A stretch of 64,000 nucleotides of DNA. Origin: Myxococcota bacterium (GTDB taxonomy: Bacteria; Myxococcota_A; UBA9160; PR03). The position numbers and the translations under genes were made by a program. The notes beneath the pieces were generated by a model. The model was not told where the DNA came from, did not search any database, and saw only the letters and a program-made list of their open reading frames with translations. Shown in pieces: positions 34,428 through 42,901 of this stretch. Numbering within the stretch: position 1 is the first letter of the stretch; each line of letters opens with the position of its first letter. The stretch covers positions 13,027-77,026 of the forward strand of contig JBFIML010000010.1 in the NCBI GenBank assembly GCA_041611735.1, read 5' to 3'.

Positions 34428-35912
34428 ATGGCGATCCCCAAGGTGATGGGAACGGAGATCGAATACGGGATCACCGTCAAGAACGACCGCGATTTCGACC
34501 CCATCTCGAGCTGTGTGCTGCTGGTCAACTCCTACCGGGAGGAGACGGCCGGGCAGATCCTGTGGGACTACGACCAGGAGAATCCGCTGGCGGACGCCCG
34601 CGGCTTCCAGGTGGAGGGGGAGAAGTACACCCCCAACCAGCAGGAGAACATCGCGCGCAACAAGACGCTCGTGAATGGGGCGCGCTACTACGTCGACCAC
34701 GCCCATCCCGAGTACTCCTGCCCCGAGGTCACCAACCCCCGCGATCTGGTCGTGCACGAGAAGGCCGGCGAGCGCATCGTGGAGCTCTCGCGGCGCGAGG
34801 CCAGCCGGGTGCTCCCGCCGGGCAGTCAGATGCTCATCTACAAGAACAACAGCGATCGCAAGGGAAACAGCTACGGCTGCCACGAGAACTACTTGATGGA
34901 CCGCCGCACGTCCTTCAAGCAGATCGTGGAGCATCTGATGCCATTCCTGGTGACCCGGCAGTTGTACACGGGAGCCGGAAAGGTGGGCAGCGAGAACCGG
35001 GCGCAGCCCTGCGAGTACCAGCTCTCGCAGCGTGCGGACTTCTTCGAGACCGAGGTGGCGCTCGACACCATGGTGAAGCGCCCCATCATCAATACGCGTG
35101 ACGAACCCCACGCGGACCGCGAGAAGTACCGCCGGCTGCACGTGATCGTGGGCGACTCGAACATGAGTGAGTTCACGATCTACCTGCGCAACGGCGCCAC
35201 CGCGATCGTGCTTTCCATGATCGAGGACGGCGCGATCACCCGGGACCTCTCCCTCCACGACCCCGTGCGCGCGATCAAGGAGGTCTCCCACGACGTCGCC
35301 TGCCGACGCCCCCTCGAACTCGCCAACGGAAAGCGTATGACCGCCGTGCAGATCCAGGCCGAGTACCTGGCCATGGCGCACCGCTACGTGGCCGGGCGCC
35401 CCCAGGAACCCTGGGTCTCCGAGGTCCTGCAGAAGTGGGAGCGGGTGCTCGACGCCCTGGCCCGGGATCCCATGGAGCTCGCCGGCGAGATCGACTGGGT
35501 GATCAAGCACGCGATGATCCGGGGCTTCATGGAGCGCAAGGGGCTCGACTGGGGCTCCTCCCAGGTCCAGATGCTCGACCTCCAGTACCACGACCTGCGT
35601 CCCGACAAGGGGCTGTACTATCTTCTGGAACGCCAGGGGAAGGTCGAGCGCATCGTCGAGGACGACCAGATCCGCCGCGCCATCCACGAGCCGCCCGAGG
35701 ACACGCGGGCGTATTTCCGGGGCTCCTGCCTCAAGCGCTTCGGATCGGAGGTCTTCGGTGTGAACTGGGACTCGATCTCGTTCGGCATCGGAGACGAGCC
35801 GATCAAGCGCGTCCTCATGGTCGAGCCCCTCAAGGGCTCGAAGACGCACGTGGAGGAGCTCCTGGCCCGGTCGCCGACCGCGGCGGATCTCGTCCGGAAC
35901 CTGAGGGCCTGA
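34428..35912 (+). CDS. dop: Pup deamidase/depupylase Dop
   Basis: PafA/Dop fold (MGTEIEYG..., NSYGCHENYL, INTRDEPHAD, RLHVIVGDSNMSE) with an extra roughly 40-aa loop (WDYDQENPLADARGFQVEGEKYTPNQQENIARNKTLVNG) that is absent from the downstream paralogue. It occupies the canonical position between mpa and pup. Confidence 0.9.
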   Translation: MAIPKVMGTEIEYGITVKNDRDFDPISSCVLLVNSYREETAGQILWDYDQENPLADARGFQVEGEKYTPNQQENIARNKTLVNGARYYVDHAHPEYSCPEVTNPRDLVVHEKAGERIVELSRREASRVLPPGSQMLIYKNNSDRKGNSYGCHENYLMDRRTSFKQIVEHLMPFLVTRQLYTGAGKVGSENRAQPCEYQLSQRADFFETEVALDTMVKRPIINTRDEPHADREKYRRLHVIVGDSNMSEFTIYLRNGATAIVLSMIEDGAITRDLSLHDPVRAIKEVSHDVACRRPLELANGKRMTAVQIQAEYLAMAHRYVAGRPQEPWVSEVLQKWERVLDALARDPMELAGEIDWVIKHAMIRGFMERKGLDWGSSQVQMLDLQYHDLRPDKGLYYLLERQGKVERIVEDDQIRRAIHEPPEDTRAYFRGSCLKRFGSEVFGVNWDSISFGIGDEPIKRVLMVEPLKGSKTHVEELLARSPTAADLVRNLRA

Positions 35913-35934
35913 TCCAGGGCCCGGGAGAGTCGCG

Positions 35935-36195
35935 ATGCAACGCCACACCAACCCCCCTGCTCGCCCTACCGCGGGATGGCTTCCGATCTTCGCGGCTGCC
36001 GACTCCCAGCAGAAGCAGAAGCCGAGACGCGGCGGTGGCGAGGGCGAGGCCGAGAGCGAGGGCGGCCAGAAGCTCGCCAAGAAGGGCGAGGAACTCAAGG
36101 AAGAGATGGACGCACTGATCGACGAGATCGACGAGGTCCTCGAGGAGAACGCCGAGGAGTTCGTCAAGAACTACGTCCAGCGCGGCGGCCAGTAG
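35935..36195 (+). CDS. pup: prokaryotic ubiquitin-like protein Pup (86 aa, N-terminally extended)
   Basis: C-terminal half ...KGEELKEEMDALIDEIDEVLEENAEEFVKNYVQRGGQ matches the Pup helix and GGQ terminus. The ATG sits 5 nt after GGGAGAG. Confidence 0.9.
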   Translation: MQRHTNPPARPTAGWLPIFAAADSQQKQKPRRGGGEGEAESEGGQKLAKKGEELKEEMDALIDEIDEVLEENAEEFVKNYVQRGGQ

Positions 36196-36226
36196 CCGGC
36201 TTCCGGAGACCGAAGAGGGGGGTTCG

Positions 36227-37012
36227 GTGCTCTTCCAGGGCAAGTACGGTGGGTCCAGCTTTCGCGAGCTGATCGAAACCGACTTCCCGCAGCTCCTTCC
36301 GGCGCTGCGGGGGGAGCCGGGTCGAGCGCTCCCGAGCGTCCCGCACGGCACCACCGTGCTCGCGCTCAAGTACGGTGACGGAGTGCTGGTCGGCGGCGAC
36401 CGACTCGCCACCGAGGGCTACCGCGTCGCCTCCCGAGACATCCAGAAGGTCTACGCCACGGACGCGCATTCCCTCATCGCGATTTCGGGGGCGGCGGGAC
36501 CCAGCATCGAGATGGCCCGTCTGCTGCGCATCGAGCTCGAGCACTACGAGAAGATCGAGGGGGAGGCCCTCGAGCTCGAGGGCAAGGCCAACAAGCTCTC
36601 CCAGATGGTGCGTGCCAACCTGCCCGCCGCCATGCAGGGTCTCGTGGTCGTTCCCATCTTCGCCGGCTACGACCTGCGCCGGAGCACCGGCCGGCTGTGG
36701 AAGTACGACGTGACCGGAGGCCGCTACGAGGAGGCGGAGTACGATGCCTCCGGGAGTGGTGGACTGTTCGCACGCGACTCGCTCAAGAAGAGCTGGCGGC
36801 CGGGCCTTTCGCGGGAAGAGGCGTTGCGAAACGGCATCCAGGCCCTCGTAGATGCGGCCGACGAGGATCGGGCCACCGGGGGGGTGGACCTGCTGCGGGG
36901 CATCTTCCCCACCGTGAACCTCTGCACCGAGCAGGGCATCGAGGACGTATCCGAAGACGAACTGCGGCGGGTCTACGAGCAGGCCATGGCTCCGCGGCGC
37001 GCTGCGGAGTAG
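36227..37012 (+). CDS. prcB: 20S proteasome beta subunit
   Basis: About 41-aa propeptide, then HG|TTVLALKY (catalytic Thr). GSGG motif. Confidence 0.93.
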   Translation: MLFQGKYGGSSFRELIETDFPQLLPALRGEPGRALPSVPHGTTVLALKYGDGVLVGGDRLATEGYRVASRDIQKVYATDAHSLIAISGAAGPSIEMARLLRIELEHYEKIEGEALELEGKANKLSQMVRANLPAAMQGLVVVPIFAGYDLRRSTGRLWKYDVTGGRYEEAEYDASGSGGLFARDSLKKSWRPGLSREEALRNGIQALVDAADEDRATGGVDLLRGIFPTVNLCTEQGIEDVSEDELRRVYEQAMAPRRAAE

Positions 37013-37018
37013 CCGCCC

Positions 37019-37717
37019 ATGTCGATGCCGTTCTACGTCTCTCCCGAGCAGTGGATGCAGGACAAGGCGGAGTACGCCCGCAAGGGCATCGCCCGCGGCC
37101 GGTCGCTCATCGCCCTGGAGTACCAGGCCGGCATCCTGCTGATCGCCGAGAACCCGTCGAGCTTGTCGAAGATCGGTGAGATCTACGATCGCATCGCCTT
37201 CGCGGGCGTGGGCAAGTTCAGCGAATTCGACCAGCTGCGCAAGATCGGCGTGCGCTACTGCGACGTGAAGGGCTACGCCTACAGCCGGGAGGACGTGCGC
37301 GCCAAGGCGCTGGCCAACGCCTACTCCCAGGCGATCGGTGACGTCTTCACGCGCGAGCTCAAGCCGCTCGAGGTCGAGGTGATCGTGGCGGAGGTGGGCA
37401 ACGACGAGCTGGTGGGTCAGGAACGCAACGCGATCTTCCGCGTGCAGTTCGACGGCAGCATCTCGGACCATGAGGGCCATTGCGTGATCGGGGGCAGCGT
37501 GGAGAACCTCCAGGGCCACCTCCAGGGCCACTACCGCGCTGATCTACCCCTCGGGGAAGCCGTGCGCCTGGGGCGCGACGCGCTGGCTCAGGCAGGCGGA
37601 GGTCACGCGGGGCTCGCCCCCGAGAACCTCGAGGTGTGCGTGCTCGATCGCTCGCGTCCCGGCCGAAAGTTCCGGCGCCTTCCCGCCGAAGAAGTACGAG
37701 GTATGCTAGGCGGCTGA
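37019..37717 (+). CDS. prcA: 20S proteasome alpha subunit
   Basis: MSMPFYVSPEQWMQDKAEYARKGIARGRS..., the typical bacterial PrcA N-terminus, and a proteasome fold lacking the catalytic Thr. Confidence 0.93.
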   Translation: MSMPFYVSPEQWMQDKAEYARKGIARGRSLIALEYQAGILLIAENPSSLSKIGEIYDRIAFAGVGKFSEFDQLRKIGVRYCDVKGYAYSREDVRAKALANAYSQAIGDVFTRELKPLEVEVIVAEVGNDELVGQERNAIFRVQFDGSISDHEGHCVIGGSVENLQGHLQGHYRADLPLGEAVRLGRDALAQAGGGHAGLAPENLEVCVLDRSRPGRKFRRLPAEEVRGMLGG

Positions 37718-37747
37718 GGGCCGGGGAAGCCGGCTGCGCCGGAACGC

Positions 37748-39157
37748 GTGGTGCAAAAACGAATCTACGGTCTGGAGACCGAATACGGGATCATCTTCAC
37801 GCCCGAGGGCCGCAAGACGCTGCCCGTCGAGAAGGCGATCCGTTTCCTTTTCGAGAAGCTGATCACCACCGAGCACTTCCTCAACGTCTTCCTCGAGAAC
37901 GGCGCGCGCTTCTACCAGGACACGGGCTGCCACCCGGAGTACGCCACGCCGGAATGCGCCTCGCCTCGCCAGCTGCTCGTGTACGACAAGGCCGGCGAGC
38001 GCATCCTGGAGGAGCTCCAGGACTACGCCGAGGAGAAGATCCGCGAGGAGCGCATCGCGGGCAAGCTCTCGATCTTCAAGAACAACACCGACTTCGTGGG
38101 CAACAGCTACGGCTGCCACGAGAACTACCTGGTCGACCGGGATGTAGACTTCTACTACCTGGCCGAGCAGCTGATTCCGTTCCTGGTGACCCGCCAGATC
38201 TACACGGGTGCCGGCAAGGTCTTCCAGACCCAGGACGGCGTGCACTACTGCATCAGCCAGCGCGCCCAGCACATCTACCAGAAGATCTCTGGCACCACGA
38301 CGAACGATCGCTCCATCATCAACACGCGCGACGAGCCGCACGCGGACCGCGAGAAGTACCGGCGCCTCCACGTGATCGTGGGCGACTCGAACATGAGCGA
38401 ATACACGAACTTCATCAAGATCGGGACGTGCGCCGTCGTGCTGCAGATGATCGAGGACAACTTCATCAACAAGGACTTCACCCTGCGCAATCCGGTGAAG
38501 GCGATCAAGGACATCTCGTACGACACCACCTGCAAGCGTCGACTGCGCCTGGACAACGGCCGGGAGTATTCGCCGATCGAGATCCAGCGCGAGTACTGCG
38601 AGATGGCCCAGCGCTACCTGGAGCAGTATCCGGTCAGCGACGAGCTACGCGATTCGGTCGTCGAATGGCAGTACGTGCTCGACTGCCTGGACACGGATCC
38701 CAACCGACTGTCGAGACAGATCGATTGGGTGATCAAGCGGCAGATGATCGAATCGTACCTGGGGAGCCGGGGCACGACCTGGAACGATCCTCGCGTCTTC
38801 ATGCTCGATCTCCAGTTTCACGACATCCGCGTGAGCCGCGGGCTCTTCTATCTGCTGGAGCGCAAGGAGGCGGCGGACCGGCTGCTGAACGACGACGAGG
38901 TCATGAAGGCCAAGACCGAGCCGCCGCCCGACACGCGGGCCAAGATGCGGGGCGAGTTCATCAAGCTCGCGCGCCAGAACGCGATCCAGTACGACCTGGA
39001 CTGGTCGAACATCCGCCTCGGCAACCTGCTCAACGTGCGCGTGATCTGCAACAACCCCTTCGAGACCGATACGGAGAAGGTCGCGGAGCTGGTGCGGACG
39101 ATCCAGAAGACGAACCTGCGCAAGACGAGCCTCTCGAAGCTGGTGATCCAGTCGTGA
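37748..39157 (+). CDS. pafA: Pup--protein ligase PafA
   Basis: YGLETEYG, NSYGCHENYL, INTRDEPHAD, RLHVIVGDSNMSE, without the Dop loop. GTG start. Confidence 0.92.
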   Translation: MVQKRIYGLETEYGIIFTPEGRKTLPVEKAIRFLFEKLITTEHFLNVFLENGARFYQDTGCHPEYATPECASPRQLLVYDKAGERILEELQDYAEEKIREERIAGKLSIFKNNTDFVGNSYGCHENYLVDRDVDFYYLAEQLIPFLVTRQIYTGAGKVFQTQDGVHYCISQRAQHIYQKISGTTTNDRSIINTRDEPHADREKYRRLHVIVGDSNMSEYTNFIKIGTCAVVLQMIEDNFINKDFTLRNPVKAIKDISYDTTCKRRLRLDNGREYSPIEIQREYCEMAQRYLEQYPVSDELRDSVVEWQYVLDCLDTDPNRLSRQIDWVIKRQMIESYLGSRGTTWNDPRVFMLDLQFHDIRVSRGLFYLLERKEAADRLLNDDEVMKAKTEPPPDTRAKMRGEFIKLARQNAIQYDLDWSNIRLGNLLNVRVICNNPFETDTEKVAELVRTIQKTNLRKTSLSKLVIQS

Positions 39158-39534
39158 GCCCGGCGGAGGATCGCCCGCGGCTCGTGGCCGTCCCCGGGAG
39201 CCCGGAGCCGGCCGCGCCGGAGGCCCCGGCCCCCGGGGTGGGGGGCGCTGGCCGCGCTCCCTGGGTGCTGAGCGCGCTGCTGGCGCTGGCGCTCCTGATC
39301 TCCTTCGTGGCCCTGGTGCGCCAGGTCCAGCAGACCCGCGGGCTCGAGGCCCGGGTGGAGGACCTGAGCGCGGCCCTGGGCGGCGCCGAGGCCGAGATCG
39401 AGGCGCGTCGCCTCCACCTGGATGCGGTGCGCGGGGAGGTCACCCGGGTGGGCGAGGCCCTCGGTGCCCTGGCGGAGCTGGTGACCCGGGACCCGGCGCC
39501 GGCCCCCCCCACGCGGCCGCCCGCAGTCGACTGA
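39154..39534 (+). CDS. membrane-anchored coiled-coil protein, unknown family, coupled to pafA
   Basis: The GTG overlaps the pafA stop (GTGA). One TM helix WVLSALLALALLISFVALV, followed by an Ala/Glu/Leu/Arg heptad-like segment. Third codon positions are almost all G/C. Confidence 0.55.
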   Translation: MSPAEDRPRLVAVPGSPEPAAPEAPAPGVGGAGRAPWVLSALLALALLISFVALVRQVQQTRGLEARVEDLSAALGGAEAEIEARRLHLDAVRGEVTRVGEALGALAELVTRDPAPAPPTRPPAVD

Positions 39535-39652
39535 GCCGCCCCCGGGAGCCCGCCCGGGTCCCTCGACTTTCCCCTCAATCTCTTCCGCCGGCAACCCGAT
39601 ACGTCCCCCGACGGCACGCCCGGGTGGCGCGCCGCCAGCGGAGAGCGCGGCC

Positions 39653-40687
39653 ATGTTCAGCTCGCTCGCGGGCCTCTTCTCCAACGACCTCGCCATCGAC
39701 CTCGGCACCGCGAATACGCTGGTGTACGCCCGGGGCAAGGGGGTCGTCTGCTCGGAGCCGAGCGTCGTGGCGGTCGCCAAGGACCCGAACGGCCGCGGGG
39801 AGCGGGTCCTGGCGGTCGGCAACGAGGCGAAGGCCATGCTCGGGCGCACGCCCCACGGCATCCGCGCCATCCGCCCCATCAAGGACGGGGTCATCGCCGA
39901 TTTCGAAGTCACCGAGGCGATGCTCCGCTACTTCATCCACCGGGCCCACAACCGCTCCAAGCTCGTACGCCCGCGCATCGTGATCTGCGTGCCGCCCTGC
40001 ATCACGAGCGTGGAGAAGCGTGCGGTGCGCGAGTCGGCGCTCTCGGCCGGGGCGCGCGAGGTCTTCCTGATCGAAGAGCCCATGGCGGCCGCCATCGGGG
40101 CCGGACTCGACGTGACTGCCCCCAGCGGGAACATGGTCTGCGACATCGGCGGTGGCACCACCGACGTGGCCGTCACCTCCCTGGCCGGCATCGTGGCCTC
40201 GCGCTCCGTCCGCTGCGGCGGCGACAAGATGGACGAGGCGATCATCCAGTACGTGAAGCGGAAGTACAACGTCCTGATCGGTGAGCGCACCGCCGAGGAC
40301 GTCAAGATGACGATCGCCACGGCCTCGCCGCACGGCAAGACCCAGACCATGGAGATCAAGGGGCGCGATCTGGTGGCCGGCATTCCGAAGGTGGTGGTGG
40401 CCACCAGCGAGGAGATCTACGAGGCGCTGATCGAGCCGATCAGCACGATCGTAGAGACCGTGCATCTCACCCTCGAGCGGACGCCGCCCGAGCTCGCCGC
40501 GGACATCGTGGATCGCGGCATCATGCTGGTGGGCGGGGGCTCCCTGCTGCGGGACCTGGACCGGGTGCTACGCGAGGAGACCAAGCTCCCCATCCTGCGC
40601 AGCGACGATCCGTTCACGGCGGTGGTCCACGGGGCCGGCCGGGCCCTGGAGGACCTGGCCCTGCTGCGCCAGGTGGCCCTGGTCTGA
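39653..40687 (+). CDS. mreB: rod shape-determining protein MreB
   Basis: LAIDLGTANTLVY..., DIGGGTTDVAV, full-length actin-like ATPase. Confidence 0.95.
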   Translation: MFSSLAGLFSNDLAIDLGTANTLVYARGKGVVCSEPSVVAVAKDPNGRGERVLAVGNEAKAMLGRTPHGIRAIRPIKDGVIADFEVTEAMLRYFIHRAHNRSKLVRPRIVICVPPCITSVEKRAVRESALSAGAREVFLIEEPMAAAIGAGLDVTAPSGNMVCDIGGGTTDVAVTSLAGIVASRSVRCGGDKMDEAIIQYVKRKYNVLIGERTAEDVKMTIATASPHGKTQTMEIKGRDLVAGIPKVVVATSEEIYEALIEPISTIVETVHLTLERTPPELAADIVDRGIMLVGGGSLLRDLDRVLREETKLPILRSDDPFTAVVHGAGRALEDLALLRQVALV

Positions 40688-40767
40688 AGCCCGGTGCTTC
40701 GGTCGGGCGCCTTGCCAGCGGCGTGTCTCGACTCCGATGATCCGCACCGAATCTCTGGGACGGGAAA

Positions 40768-41376
40768 CTAGGGTCCCATCAGGCCGGCCAGGGCGAGCTG
40801 CATGACCAGCGCCACGTCGCCCTCCAGCTGCACCCGTCCAGCCAGAAAGGCCGCCTGGGGCTCGAGCCGTCCCTCCCGCAGCTCCCGGAAGGTCTCGGCG
40901 TCCACGCGGATGCGGGCGTCCGGCTCCGCCGGTGGGGCGACGCCCCCCAGGTGCACCAGGACGCCGAAGCCCGCCTCGCCGGTCACGTCGACGCGCAGCG
41001 TGCCGCGTACCGAGGCGATCCGCTCGACCCGGGACGCGGTGAGCGGAGCCGGGCCGGCCAGACCGGGCAGGGTCGAGATCAGCGCCAGCGGCTCCTGCTC
41101 CATCTCGCCCAGCAGGCGCTCGAAGTCGGCCAGCTCCTGCACGAACGTCACGAACGGCGGTCGTGCCGGCGCCTCGCCCCCGGACATGTGGCCCGCCTCG
41201 ATGTTCAGGTAGAAGGTCCCGCCTCCTTCGCCCGCCAGGTCCACGCGAACGGTCGCGGCCAGTTCGCCCAGGGCCGCCCGGCCCGCGTCGCCGCCGGCCT
41301 CCTCGCCGAGCAGGCGGTTGAAGCGCGCCGGCAGGTGCTCGATCAGGAACCGGCGCGGGTCGATCCGGCCACTCAC
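40768..41376 (-). CDS. SCP2 sterol-binding domain-containing protein
   Basis: The GTG at 41376 overlaps the mltG stop (GTGA). C-terminal ...LEPQAAFLAGRVQLEGDVALVMQLA is typical of the SCP2 fold. Confidence 0.75.
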   Translation of the reverse strand: MSGRIDPRRFLIEHLPARFNRLLGEEAGGDAGRAALGELAATVRVDLAGEGGGTFYLNIEAGHMSGGEAPARPPFVTFVQELADFERLLGEMEQEPLALISTLPGLAGPAPLTASRVERIASVRGTLRVDVTGEAGFGVLVHLGGVAPPAEPDARIRVDAETFRELREGRLEPQAAFLAGRVQLEGDVALVMQLALAGLMGP

Positions 41377-42401
41377 GGCGTCCGGCGCCGCTGGAAGCGG
41401 TCCACCTTGGCGCTGTGCTCGGCGAAGCTGCGCGAGAAGTCGTGGGTGCCGTCGTTGCGGGACACGAAGTAGAGGAATTCGCTCTCGGCGGGGTGCACCA
41501 CCGCCCGCAGGGCCTCCCGGCCCGGGTTCGCGATGGGCGTCGGGGGCAGGCCGGCGATTCGATAGGTGTTCCAGGGGTTCTCCGCGTCCTCCAGGTGCAC
41601 CCGGCGCAAGTTCCCGTCGAAGTCGGAGATGCCGTAGATCACCGTCGGGTCCGACTCGAGCCGCATGCCGCGCTCCAATCGGTTGCGAAACACCGATGCG
41701 ATCAGCGGCCGCTCGTGCGGTGCGCCGGTCTCCTTCTCCACGATCGAGGCGAGTGTCACGACCTGACGCATGCCGAGCCCCTGGCGGACGGCCTCCTCGG
41801 CGAGCGGGCTCCAGACGCGGTGGAACTGGTCCACCAGCACGCGCACCACGTCGGCGGTGGAGAGACCCCGGGGCAGCCGGTAGGTCTCGGGGAAGAGGTA
41901 GCCTTCGAGGGTCTCGCCCTCGACCCCGTAGGCCGGGGGCGCGGCCGGGTCGCGCACCAGGCGCACGAAGGCCCGCCGGTCCACGAGCTCTGCCTGCGCC
42001 AGGCGGCCCGCGATCTCCGCGGCGGTGAGCCCCTCCGGCAGCACGACCTCGTGGGTCTTCACCGCGCCCCGGGCGATGCGCCCGAGGATCGCCTCCGACG
42101 ACATGCGCGGCGAGAGCTCGTACTCCCCGGCCCGCATGCCGCTCTCGTAGCCACGCAGGCGGGCCAGCCAGACGACGGCCCGGGCGCTGCGTACGAGGCC
42201 CTCCCGCTCCAGCTCGCGCGCCACCGTCCGCAGGCCGGCGCCCGAGCGCACCTCGAAGAGCCGGGCTTCGCCGCCGGGGTTCCGGGGAGCCACCATGCGG
42301 CTCCACGCGAGACCCGCCCCGGTCACCACCAGGAAGACCGCGAGCAGGCCCCCGACCGCGAGCGCCGCGGTGCGGCGGGCTCTCTCGGCGTCCTCGCTCA
42401 C
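41373..42401 (-). CDS. mltG: endolytic murein transglycosylase MltG (YceG family)
   Basis: The GTG at 42401 overlaps the ruvX stop. N-terminal TM helix. LASIVEKETGAPHERPLIASVFRNRLERGMRLESDPTVIYG and NTYRIAGLPPTPIANPG. Confidence 0.9.
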   Translation of the reverse strand: MSEDAERARRTAALAVGGLLAVFLVVTGAGLAWSRMVAPRNPGGEARLFEVRSGAGLRTVARELEREGLVRSARAVVWLARLRGYESGMRAGEYELSPRMSSEAILGRIARGAVKTHEVVLPEGLTAAEIAGRLAQAELVDRRAFVRLVRDPAAPPAYGVEGETLEGYLFPETYRLPRGLSTADVVRVLVDQFHRVWSPLAEEAVRQGLGMRQVVTLASIVEKETGAPHERPLIASVFRNRLERGMRLESDPTVIYGISDFDGNLRRVHLEDAENPWNTYRIAGLPPTPIANPGREALRAVVHPAESEFLYFVSRNDGTHDFSRSFAEHSAKVDRFQRRRTP

Positions 42402-42841
42402 GGGTGCTCCGTGCCGGGCGCGGCCCGGCGCGAGCGCTCGAGATGGGTCTGGAGCAGGATCGTCGCGGCCGCCGCGTCCAGGCGGCCCGGCTCGCGCCGC
42501 CGGGTCCCGGCGCCGTCGGCCTCGCGCAGGGCCCGCTCCGCCTCCCGGGTCGTCCAGCGTTCGTCGAGGAGCTCCACGGGCCGCCCGGTCGTGGTCTCGA
42601 GCTCCCGGGCGAAGCGCTCGGCGGCCAGGGCCTCGGGTCCACGGCGGCCGTTCATGTGCATCGGGAGGCCGACCACGATGGCCTCGATGGCGCGCTCCTC
42701 GACGAGGGCCCGCAGCGCTGCAAGATCCCGGCGCTTGCCGCGCCGCAGGAGCCAGCCCGCGGGGAAGGCGATCCGACCCGCGGCGTCCGAGACTGCGAGC
42801 CCGATGCGCCGGGTGCCGAGATCGAGTCCGAGCAGCCGCAT
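42398..42841 (-). CDS. ruvX: Holliday junction resolvase-like protein RuvX/YqgF
   Basis: MRLLGLDLGTRRIGLAVSD... and DERWTTREAER. Confidence 0.92.
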   Translation of the reverse strand: MRLLGLDLGTRRIGLAVSDAAGRIAFPAGWLLRRGKRRDLAALRALVEERAIEAIVVGLPMHMNGRRGPEALAAERFARELETTTGRPVELLDERWTTREAERALREADGAGTRRREPGRLDAAAATILLQTHLERSRRAAPGTEHP

Positions 42842-42901
42842 GCCCAGGGAAAGCTAGTGCAGGGCGTGGCCCCCCGGAAGGGAGCGCCCCGGGGATCCGG
42901 A

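Noticed and set aside
32574-39157. The Pup-proteasome genes, especially pafA, look somewhat less GC-rich than the flanks, which might indicate a recently transferred island.
   Set aside because: Third codon positions still look strongly G/C-biased. The lower GC appears to come from Lys/Ile/Asn/Tyr/Phe-rich conserved protein sequence. Long GC-type shadow ORFs still span the region, and there are no flanking tRNA, integrase or direct repeats. GC3 and codon-usage calculations would be needed to settle this.
39556-39610. A possible fifth member of the inverted-repeat family upstream of mreB (GGGTCCCTCGAC ... GATACGTCCCCCGAC).
   Set aside because: Only the ACGTCCCC octamer and a CTCGAC hexamer match, and the two pieces are not complementary to each other.
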